Assembly: GCA_964247055.1 (NCBI GenBank)
Contig: OZ176054.1
Location: 4,774,001 to 4,838,000, forward strand
From: Paragordius varius
Lineage: Eukaryota; Animalia; Nematomorpha
Length of the DNA: 64,000 nucleotides
Reading direction: 5' to 3'
Below the pieces are notes generated by a model. It was not told the DNA's origin. It did not search any database and saw only the letters and a program-made list of their open reading frames with translations. A program made the translations under genes and the position numbers. Of this stretch, positions 1-12,169 are shown in pieces. Position 1 is the first letter of the stretch. Every line of letters begins with the position of its first letter.

Positions 1-3000
1 CAATATTAGCATGGGTTATATAAATTGATTGTTAAAAGTGATGGTTGATTGTTGGATATTCTAATATTAGCATGGGTAATATAAAATGATTGTTGAAAGT
101 GATGGTTTATTGTTGGATATTCTAATATTAGCACGGTTAAAATAAATTTATTGTTGAAAGTGATGGTTGATTGTTGGATATTCTAATATTAGCATGGTTA
201 AAATAAATTTATTGTTGAAAGTGATGGTTGATTGTTGGATATTCTAATAATAGCATGGTTAAAATTAATTTATTGTTGAAAGTGATGGTTGATTGTTGGA
301 TATTCTAATATTAGCATGGTTAAAATAAATTGATTGTTGAAAAGTTATAGTTGATTGTTGGATATTCTAATATTAGCATGGGTAATATAAATTGATTGTT
401 GAAAGTGATGGTCGATTGTTGGATATTTAAATATTAGCATGGGTAATATAAATTTATTGTTGAAAGTGATGGTTTATTGTTGGATATTCTAATATTAGCA
501 GTGATGGTTGATTGTTGGATATTCTAATATTAGCATGGGTTATATAAATTGATTGTTGAAAAGTGATGGTTGATTGTTGGATATTCTAATATTAGCATGG
601 GTAATATAAATTGATTGTTGAAAGTGATGGTTTATTGTTGGATATTCTAATATTAGCAGTGATGGTTGATTGTTGGATATTCTAATATTAGCATGGGTAA
701 AATAAATTTATTGTTGAAAGTGATGGTTGATTGTTGGATATTCTAATATTAGCATGGTTAAAATTAATTTATTGTTGAAAGTGATGGTTGATTGTTGGAT
801 ATTCTAATATTAGCATGGTTAAAATAAATTGATTGTTGAAAAGTTATAGTTGATTGTTGGATATTCTAATATTAGCATGGGTAATATAAATTGATTGTTG
901 AAAGTGATGGTCGATTGTTGGATATTCAAATATTAGCATGGGTAATATAAATTTATTGTTGAAAGTGATGGTTGATTGTTGGATATTCAAATATTAGCAT
1001 GGGTTATATAAATTGATTGTTGAAAAGTGATGGTTGATTGTTGGATATTCTAATATTAGCAGTGATGGTTGATTGTTGGATATTCTAATATTAGCATGGG
1101 TAAAATAAATTTATTGTTGAAAGTGATGGTTGATTGTTGGATATTCTAATATTAGCATGGTTAAAATTAATTTATTGTTGAAAGTGATGGTTGATTGTTG
1201 GATATTCTAATATTAGCATGGTTAAAATAAATTGATTGTTGAAAAGTTATAGTTGATTGTTGGATATTCTAATATTAGCATGGGTAATATAAATTGATTG
1301 TTGAAAGTGATGGTCGATTGTTGGATATTTAAATATTAGCATGGGTAATATAAATTTATTGTTGAAAGTGATGGTTGATTGTTGGATATTCAAATATTAG
1401 CATGGGTTATATAAATTGATTGTTGAAAAGTGATGGTTTATTGTTGGATATTCTAATATTAGCACGGTTAAAATAAATTTATTGTTGAAAGTGATGGTTG
1501 ATTGTTGGATATTCTAATATTAGCATGGTTAAAATAAATTTATTGTTGAAAGTGATGGTTGATTGTTGGATATTCTAATAATAGCATGGTTAAAATAAAT
1601 TTATTGTTGAAAGTGATGGTTGATTGTTGGATATTCTATATTAGCATGGGTAAAATAAATTGATTGTTGAAAAGTTATAGTTGATTGTTGGATATTCTAA
1701 TATTAGCATGGGTAATATAAATTGATTGTTGAAAGTGATGGTCGATTGTTGGATATTCTAATATTAGCTTGGGTAAAATAAATTGAGTGTTGTAAAGTGA
1801 TGGTTGATTGTTGGATATTCTAATATTAGCAATATAATTGATTATTGAAAAGTGATGGTTGATTGTTGTATATTCTAATATTAGCATGGGTAACATATAT
1901 TGATTGTTGAAAAGTGATGGTTGATTGTTGGATATTCCAATATTAGCATGGAAATAAAGTGATTGTTGAAAAGTGATGGTTGATTATTGGATATTCTAAT
2001 ATTAGCACGGTTAAAATAAAATTATTGTTGAAAGTGATGGTTGATTGTTGGATATTCTAATATTAGCATGGTTAAAATAAATTTATTGTTGAAAGTGATG
2101 GTTGATTGTTGGATATTCTAATATTAGCATGGTTAAAATAAATTTATTGTTGAAAGTGATGGTTGATTGTTGGATATTCTAATATTAGCATGGTTAAAAT
2201 AAATTGATTGTTGAAAAGTTATAGTTGATTGTTGGATATTCTAATATTAGCATGGGTAATATAAATTGATTGTTGAAAGTGATGGTCGATTGTTGGATAT
2301 TCAAATATTAGCATGGGTAATATAAATTTATTGTTGAAAGTGATGGTTGATTGTTGGATATTCAAATATTAGCATGGGTTATATAAATTGATTGTTGAAA
2401 AGTGATGGTTGATTGTTGGATATTCTAATATTAGCATGGGTAATATAAATTGATTGTTGAAAGTGATGGTTGATTGTTGGATATCCCAATATTAGCATGG
2501 GTTATATAAATTGATTGTTAAAAGTGATGGTTGATTGTTGGATATTCTAATATTAGCATGGGTAATATAAAATGATTGTTGAAAGTGATGGTTTATTGTT
2601 GGATATTCTAATATTAGCACGGTTAAAATAAATTTATTGTTGAAAGTGATGGTTGATTGTTGGATATTCTAATATTAGCATGGTTAAAATAAATTTATTG
2701 TTGAAAGTGATGGTTGATTGTTGGATATTCTAATAATAGCATGGTTAAAATAAATTTATTGTTGAAAGTGATGGTTGATTGTTGGATATTCTATATTAGC
2801 ATGGGTAAAATAAATTGATTGTTGAAAAGTTATAGTTGATTGTTGGATATTCTAATATTAGCATGGGTAATATAAATTGATTGTTGAAAGTGATGGTCGA
2901 TTGTTGGATATTCTAATATTAGCATGGGTAATATAAATTTATTGTTGAAAGTGATGGTTGATTGTTGGATATTCAAATATTAGCATGGGTTATATAAATT

Positions 3001-6000
3001 GATTGTTGAAAAGTGATAGTTGATTGTTGGATATTCTAATATTAGCATGGGTAATATAAATTGATTGTTGAAAGTGATGGTTGATTGTTGGATATCCCAA
3101 TATTAGCATGGGTAATATAAATTGATTGTTGAAAAGTGATGGTTGATTGTTGGATATCCCAATATTAGCATGGGTAATATAAATTGATTGTTGAAAAGTG
3201 ATGGTTGATTGTTGGATATTCTAATATTAGCATGGGTAATACAAATTGATTGTTGAAAGTGATGGTTGATTGTTGGATATTCTAATATTAGCATGGTTAA
3301 AATAAATTTATTGTTGAAAGTGATGGTTGATTGTTGGATATTCTAATAATAGCATGGTTAAAATAAATTTATTGTTGAAAGTGATGGTTGATTGTTGGAT
3401 ATTCTAATATTAGCATGGTTAAAATAAATTGATTGTTGAAAAGTTATAGTTGATTGTTGGATATTCTAATATTAGCATGGGTAATATAAATTGATTGTTG
3501 AAAGTGATGGTCGATTGTTGGATATTTAAATATTAGCATGGGTAATATAATTTTATTGTTGAAAGTGATGGTTGATTGTTGGATATTCAAATATTAGCAT
3601 GGTTAAAATAAATTTATTGTTGAAAGTGATGGTTGATTGTTGGATATTCTAATAATAGCATGGTTAAAATAAATTTATTGTTGAAAGTGATGGTTGATTG
3701 TTGGATATTCTATATTAGCATGGGTAAAATAAATTGATTGTTGAAAAGTTATAGTTGATTGTTGGATATTCTAATATTAGCATGGGTAATATAAATTGAT
3801 TGTTGAAAGTGATGGTCGATTGTTGGATATTCTAATATTAGCATGGGTAATATAAATTTATTGTTGAAAGTGATGGTTGATTGTTGGATATTCAAATATT
3901 AGCATGGGTTATATAAATTGATTGTTGAAAAGTGATAGTTGATTGTTGGATATTCTAATATTAGCATGGGTAATATAAATTGATTGTTGAAAGTGATGGT
4001 TGATTGTTGGATATCCCAATATTAGCATGGGTAATATAAATTGATTGTTGAAAAGTGATGGTTGATTGTTGGATATCCCAATATTAGCATGGGTAATATA
4101 AATTGATTGTTGAAAAGTGATGGTTGATTGTTGGATATTCTAATATTAGCATGGGTAATACAAATTGATTGTTGAAAGTGATGGTTGATTGTTGGATATT
4201 CTAATATTAGCATGGTTAAAATAAATTTATTGTTGAAAGTGATGGTTGATTGTTGGATATTCTAATAATAGCATGGTTAAAATAAATTTATTGTTGAAAG
4301 TGATGGTTGATTGTTGGATATTCTAATATTAGCATGGTTAAAATAAATTGATTGTTGAAAAGTTATAGTTGATTGTTGGATATTCTAATATTAGCATGGG
4401 TAATATAAATTGATTGTTGAAAGTGATGGTCGATTGTTGGATATTTAAATATTAGCATGGGTAATATAATTTTATTGTTGAAAGTGATGGTTGATTGTTG
4501 GATATTCAAATATTAGCATGGGTTATATAAATTGATTGTTGAAAAGTGATGGTTGATTGTTGGATATTCTAATATTAGCATGGGTAATATAAATTGATTG
4601 TTGAAAGTGATGGTTGATTGTTGGATATCCCAATATTAGCATGGGTAATATAAATTGATTGTTGAAAAGTGATGGTTGATTGTTGGATATTCTAATTTTA
4701 GCATGGGTAATATAAAGTGATTGTTGAAAAGTAATGGTTGATTATTGGATATTCTAATATTAGCTTGGGTAAAATAAATTGAGTGTTGTAAAGTGATGGT
4801 TGATTGTTGGATATTCTAATATTAGCAATATAAATTGATTATTGAAAAGTGATGGTTGATTGTTGTATATTCTAATATTAGTATGGGTAACATATATTGA
4901 TTGTTGAAAAGTGATGGTTGATTATTGGATATTCTAATATTAGCATGGAAATAAATTGATAGTTGAAAAGTGATGGTTGATTGTTGGCTATTCTTATATA
5001 AGCATGGAAATAAAGTGATTGTTGAAAAGTTATGGTTGATTGTTGGATATTCTAATATTAGCATGGTTATAATAAATTGAGTGTTGTAAAGTGATGGTTG
5101 ATTGTTGGATATTCTAATATTAGCATGGGTGATATAAACTAATTGTTGAAAAGTGATGGTTGATTGTTGGGTATTCCAATATTAGCATGGAAATAAAGTG
5201 ATTGTTGAAAAGTGATGGTTGATTATTGGATATTCTAATATTAGCATGGAAATAAATTGATAGTTGAAAAGTGATGGTTGATTGTTGGCTATTCTTATAT
5301 AAGCATGGAAATAAAGTGATTGTTGAAAAGTTATGGTTGATTGTTGGATATTCTAATATTAGCATGGTTATAATAAATTGAGTGTTGTAAAGTGATGGTT
5401 GATTGTTGGATATTCTAATATTAGCATGGGTAATATAAATTGATTATTGAAAAGTGATGGTTGATTGTTGTATATTCTAATATTAGCATGGGTAACATAT
5501 ATTGATTGTTGAAAAGTGATGGTTGATTGTTGGATATTCCAATATTAGCATGGAAATAAAGTGATTGTTAAAAGTGATGGTTGATTATTGGATATTCTAA
5601 TATTAGCATGGAAATAAATTGATAGTTGAAAAGTGATGGTTGATTGTTGTATATTCTAATATTAGTATGGGTAACATATATTGATTGTTGAAAAGTGATG
5701 GTTGATTATTGGATATTCTAATATTAGCATGGGTAATATAAATTGATTGTTGAAAAGTGATGGTTGATTGTTGTATATTCTAATATTAGCATGGGTAACA
5801 TATATTGATTGTTGAAAAGGATGGTTGATTATTGGATATTCTAATATTAGCGTGGATAATATAAATTAATTGTTGAAAAGTGATGGTTGATTATTGGATA
5901 TTCTAATATTAGCATGGAAATAAATTGATAGTTAAAAAGTGATGGCTGATTGTTGGCTATTCTAATATAAGCATGGAAATAAAGTGATTGTTGAAAAGTT

Positions 6001-9000
6001 ATGGTTGATTGTTGGATATTCTAATATTAGCATGGGTAAAATAAATTGAGTGTTGTAAAGTGATGGTTGATTGTTGGATATTCTAATATTAGCATGGGTA
6101 ATATAAATTGATTATTGAAAAGTGATGGTTGATTGTTGTATATTCTAATATTAGTATGGGGTAAATTAATTGATTGTTGAAAAGTGATGGTTGATTGTTG
6201 GATATTCAAATATTAGCATGGGTTATATAAATTGATTGTTGAAAAGTGATGGTTGATTGTTGGATATTCTAATATTAGCATGGGTAATATAAAATGATTG
6301 TTGAAAAGTGATGGTTGATTGTTGGATATCCCAATATTAGCATGGGGAAAATTAATTAACTGTTGAAAAGTGATGGTTGATTGTTGGATATTCTAGTATT
6401 AGCATGGGTAATATAAATTGATTATTGAAAAGTGATGGTTGATTGTTGTATATTCTAATATTAGTATGGGGTAAATTAATTGATTGTTGAAAAGTGATGG
6501 TCGATTGTTGGATATTCAAATTTAGCATGGGTTATATAAATTGATTGTTGAAAGTGATGGTTGATTGTTGGATATTCTAATATTAGCATGGGTAATATAT
6601 ATTTAGTGTGTAAAAGTGATGGTTGATTGTTGGATATTCTAGTATTAGCATGGGTAATATAAATTGATTGTTGAAAGTGATGGTTTATTGTTGGATATTC
6701 TAATATTAGCAGTGATGGTTGATTGTTGGATATTCTAATATTAGCATGGGTTATATAAATTGATTGTTGAAAAGTGATGGTTGATTGTTGGATATTCTAA
6801 TATTAGCATGGGTAAAATAAATTTATTGTTGAAAGTGATGGTTGATTGTTGGATATTCTAATATTAGCATGGTTAAAATTAATTTATTGTTGAAAGTGAT
6901 GGTTGATTGTTGGATATTCTAATATTAGCATGGTTAAAATAAATTGATTGTTGAAAAGTTATAGTTGATTGTTGGATATTCTAATATTAGCATGGGTAAT
7001 ATAAATTGATTGTTGAAAGTGATGGTCGATTGTTGGATATTTAAATATTAGCATGGGTAATATAAATTTATTGTTGAAAGTGATGGTTGATTGTTGGATA
7101 TTCAAATATTAGCATGGGTTATATAAATTGATTGTTGAAAAGTGATGGTTGATTGTTGGATATTCTAATATTAGCATGGGTAATATAAAATGATTGTTGA
7201 AAAGTGATGGTTGATTGTTGGATATCCCAATATTAGCATGGGGAAAATTAATTAACTGTTGAAAAGTGATGGTTGATTGTTGGATATTCTAGTATTAGCA
7301 TGGGTAATATAAAATGATTGTTGAAAAGTGATGGTTGATTGTTGGATATTCTAATATTAGCATGGTTAAAATTAATTTACTGTTGCAAAGTGATGGTTGA
7401 TTATTGGATATTCTAATATTAGCATGGAAATAAATTGATAGTTGAAAAGTGATGGTTGATTGTTGGCTATTCTAATATAAGCATGGAAATAAAGTGATTG
7501 TTGAAAAGTTATGGTTGATTGTTGGATATTCTAATATTAGCATGGTTATAATAAATTGATTGTTGAAAGTGATGGTTGATTGTTAGATATCCCAATATTA
7601 GCATGGGTTATATAAATTGATTGTTGAAAGTGATGGTTGATTGTTGGATATCCCAATATTAGCATGGGTAATATAAATTTACTGTTAAAAAGTGATGGTT
7701 GATTGGATGTTCTATTAGCATGGGTAATATAAATTGATTGTTGAAAAGTGATGGTCGATTGTTGGATATAAATTTAGCATGGGTTATATAAATTGATTGT
7801 TGAAAGTGATGGTTGATTGTTGGATATTCTAATATTAGCATGGGTAATATAAATTTAGTGTGTAAAAGTGATGGTTGATTGTTGGATATTCTAGTATTAG
7901 CATGGGTAATATAAATTGATTGTTGAAAGGGATGGTTTATTGTTGGATATTCTAATATTAGCATGGGTAACATATATTGATTGTTGAAAAGTGATGGTTG
8001 ATTATTGGATATTCTAATATTAGCGTGGATAATATAAATTAATTGTTGAAAAGTGATGGTTGATTATTGGATATTCTAATATTAGCATGGAAATAAATTG
8101 ATAGTTAAAAAGTGATGGCTGATTGTTGGCTATTCTAATATAAGCATGGAAATAAAGTGATTGTTGAAAAGTTATGGTTGATTGTTGGATATTCTAATAT
8201 AAGCATGGAAATAAAGTGATTGTTGAAAAGTTATGGTTGATTGTTGGATATTCTAATATTAGCATGGGTAAAATAAATTGAGTGTTGTAAAGTGATGGTT
8301 GATTGTTGGATATTCTAATATTAGCATGGGTAATATAAATTGATTATTGAAAAGTGATGGTTGATTGTTGTATATTCTAATATTAGTATGGGGTAAATTA
8401 ATTGATTGTTGAAAAGTGATGGTTGATTGTTGGATATTCAAATATTAGCATGGGTTATATAAATTGATTGTTGAAAAGTGATGGTTGATTGTTGGATATT
8501 CTAATATTAGCATGGGTAATATAAAATGATTGTTGAAAAGTGATGGTTGATTGTTGGATATCCCAATATTAGTATGGGGTAAATTAATTGATTGTTGAAA
8601 AGTGATGGTTGATTGTTGGATATTCAAATATTAGCATGGGTTATATAAATTGATTGTTGAAAAGTGATGGTTGATTGTTGGATATTCTAATATTAGCATG
8701 GTTATAATAAATTGATTGTTGAAAGTGATGGTTGATTGTTGGATATCCCAATATTAGCATGGGTTATATAAATTGATTGTTGAAAAGTGATGGTTGATTG
8801 TTGGATATTCTAATTTTAGCATGGGTAATATAAAATGATTGTTGAAAAGTGATGGTTGATTGTTGGATATCCCAATATTAGCATGGTTAAAATTAATTTA
8901 CTGTTAAAAAGTGATGGTTGATTGGATGTTCTATTAGCATGGGTAATATAAATTGATTGTTGAAAAGTGATGGTCGATTGTTGGATATTCAAATTTAGCA

Positions 9001-10980
9001 TGGGTTATATAAATTGATTGTTGAAAGTGATGGTTGATTGTTGGATATTCTAATATTAGCATGGGTAATATAAATTTAGTGTGTAAAAGTGATGGTTGAT
9101 TGTTGGATATTCTAGTATTAGCATGGGTAATATAAATTGATTGTTGAAAGGGATGGTTTATTGTTGGATATTCTAATATTAGCAGTGATGGTTGATTGTT
9201 GGATATTCTAATATTAGCATGGGTAAAATAAATTTATTGTTGAAAGTGATGGTTGATTGTTGGATATTCTAATATTAGCATGGTTAAAATTAATTTATTG
9301 TTGAAAGTGATGGTTGATTGTTGGATATTCTAATATTAGCATGGTTAAAATAAATTGATTGTTGAAAAGTTATAGTTGATTGTTGGATATTCTAATATAG
9401 CATGGGTAATATAAATTGATTGTTGAAAAGTGATGGTTGATTGTTGGATATTCTAATATTAGCAGTGATGGTTGATTGTTGGATATTCTAATATTAGCAT
9501 GGGTAATATAAATTGATTGTTGAAAAGTGATGGTTGATTGTTGGATATTCTAATTTTAGCATGGGTAATATAAATTGATTGTTTAAAAGCGATGTATTCT
9601 AATATTAGCATGGGTAATATAAAGTGATTGTTGAAAAGTAATGGTTGATTATTGGATATTCTAATATTAGCTTGGGTAAAATAAATTGAGTGTTGTAAAG
9701 TGATGGTTGATTGTTGGATATTCTAATATTAGCAATATAAATTGATTATTGAAAAGTGATGGTTGATTGTTGTATATTCTAATATTAGCATGGGTAACAT
9801 ATATTGATTGTTGAAAAGTGATGGTTGATTGTTGGATATTCCAATATTAGCATGGAAATAAAGTGATTGTTGAAAAGTGATGGTTGATTATTGGATATTC
9901 TAATATTAGCATGGAAATAAATTGATAGTTGAAAAGTGATGGTTGATTGTTGTATATTCTAATATTAGTATGGGTAACATATATTGATTGTTGAAAAGTG
10001 ATGGTTGATTATTGGATATTCTAATATTAGCATGGGTAATATAAATTGATTGTTGAAAAGTGATGGTTGATTGTTGTATATTCTAATATTAGCATGGGTA
10101 ACATATATTGATTGTTGAAAAGTGATGGTTGATTATTGGATATTCTAATATTAGCGTGGATAATATAAATTAATTGTTGAAAAGTGATGGTTGATTATTG
10201 GATATTCTAATATTAGCATGGATAATATAAATTGATTGTTGAAAAGTGATGGTTGATTGTTGGATATTCTAATATTAGCATGGAAATAAATTCATTGTTG
10301 AAAAGTGATGGTTGATTGTTGGACATTCAAATATTAGTATAGGATGTAATTTAAATGTTGAAATGTCATCGTTGATTTTGTATATTGTAATATTAGCATG
10401 GGTAATATAATTTATTTGTTGAAAAGTAATGGTTGATTGTTGTATATTCTAATATTTGTATGGGTAATATAAATTGATTATTGAAAAGTGATGGTTGATT
10501 GTTGTATATTCTAATATTAGTATGGGGTAAATTAATTGATTGTTGAAAAGTGATGGTTGATTTTGGATATTCTAATATTAGCATGGGTTATATAATTTAA
10601 GTTTTTAAAAGTGATGATTGATTGTTGGATATTCTACTATTAGCATGGATAATATAAATTGATTGTTGAAAAGTGATGGTTGATTGTTGGATATTCTAAT
10701 ATTAGCATGGAAATAAATTCATTGTTGAAAAGTGATGGTTGATTGTTGGACATTCAAATATTAGTATAGGATGTAATTTAAATGTTGAAATGTCATCGTT
10801 GATTTTGTATATTGTAATATTAGCATGGGTAATATAATTTATTTGTTGAAAAGTAATGGTTGATTGTTGTATATTCTAATATTTGTATGGGGTAAATTCA
10901 TTGATTGTTGAAAAGTGATGGTTGATTTTGGATATTCTAATATTAGCATGGGTAATATAATTTAAGTGTTGAAAAGTGAA
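1..10980. repeat. Tandem satellite, 61-62 bp monomer (consensus aaaagtgatggttgattgttggatattctaatattagcatgggtaatataaattgattgttg), roughly 180 monomers, runs off the window start
   Basis: Monomer directly visible throughout; the array degenerates from ~10300 and ends at ~10980. The minus-strand ORFs 1675-10584 are translations of this repeat. Confidence 0.99.
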
Positions 10981-11059
10981 ATTATAAGGAAATTAACCAA
11001 TTAAAAACAAACGAACCTTTTTTATAAAATTCCTCAGCGATAAAAATGTTCAGCATCAT

Positions 11060-11955
11060 CAAATTATATAAAAAAATTTATAAAATCTAAAAGCGTTTTT
11101 ATATTGTTTTCATTGTGCCTAAAAATAGGAGCAAGTCCCCTGCCACACTAAAATAGAATTAAGTATTCATTTTCAAAAAATTTATATGTCGTTTGGCATA
11201 TATTTAAATTTTTTTTGCAAAATTCCTAAATTTTTTCATTTATATTTAATTTGTGACTTTTAAAGCCCACATCTTAATTAATAAAATATGATTTGCTCTT
11301 TATAAGTAGTTTATGATATATTTGAATGATATTTTTGGAATAAAGCATTTAGTTTTCATCAAAACAATTAATACAAAAATGTGATCAAATTTTGCCATTT
11401 TCTGATATAAAAAACTTGGCACAAAAGTGTAATAAGCTTTAATATATAACCCTAAGTCCCAAAACCAAAGCATCATGTTAATCCTGACACATTCTATCAA
11501 AATTTATTTAATTAAGATATTCTTTCATGACCCCCGATTTTCTACACTGTGCTATATACAAAATCTTTTTATATAAGATTTTTAAGCGTCTAAATATCGT
11601 TTCCACATGCCTTAAAATAGTATGAATTGTGCGTCAACAAAAATTTGCTAAAAATAAAATAATTTTATCTCGCAATTTTGGCATTTTCGCCTTTATTTTA
11701 AGCTAGCCCTACGGGCTTTCGGGACCCGTATCTGAAAATTTAACTATTTTACAAGTATCTTGCTCTTATTTTTGATTATTTTTTAGTGATATTTTTATGA
11801 AGCATTTAACTTTGCGAAAAAAGTATATAAACAATCTGCGCAAATTTCGCCATTTTCTGATACAATGCATTTAGCACAAAAGCGTAATACCTTTCTAAAA
11901 TTACTCTTAAGTGCCTAAACCAAAAGCACCATGATGATACTGATACATTTTCCTG
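11060..11955. repeat. Diverged direct duplication (~455-495 bp period) flanking the satellite
   Basis: Collinear matching blocks, e.g. gccattttctgata at ~11394 and ~11849; aaaccaaagcatcatg at ~11462 vs aaaccaaaagcaccatg at ~11917; aagcgt...tgcc.aaaatag at ~11091 and ~11584. Confidence 0.7.
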
Positions 11956-12169
11956 TCATAAATTAAATATAATATATATTATCATCAGAATATTTTATGA
12001 ACACTGTGCAATAATTTGTTACAAAGTTCACTAACATACCTATTGCATGCTTTTATAGCTATTTTAGTATGGATAACATAATATTTTATTTAATATATAG
12101 GATCTTTTAATCTAACGCGCTAGAAATAAATTTGTTAACGTGAAATGTTTATTACATTACAACTCATAG

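Noticed and set aside
1675-10584. Minus-strand ORFs (MLILEYPTINHH... repeats)
   Set aside because: They are translations of the satellite; 61/62-bp monomers shift frame at random, so there is no sign of frame conservation.
1-10980. CRISPR-like appearance (constant repeat plus variable ~20-bp segment)
   Set aside because: The variable segments are a few closely related variants reused many times, not unique spacers; no cas genes; the context is eukaryotic and intron-rich.
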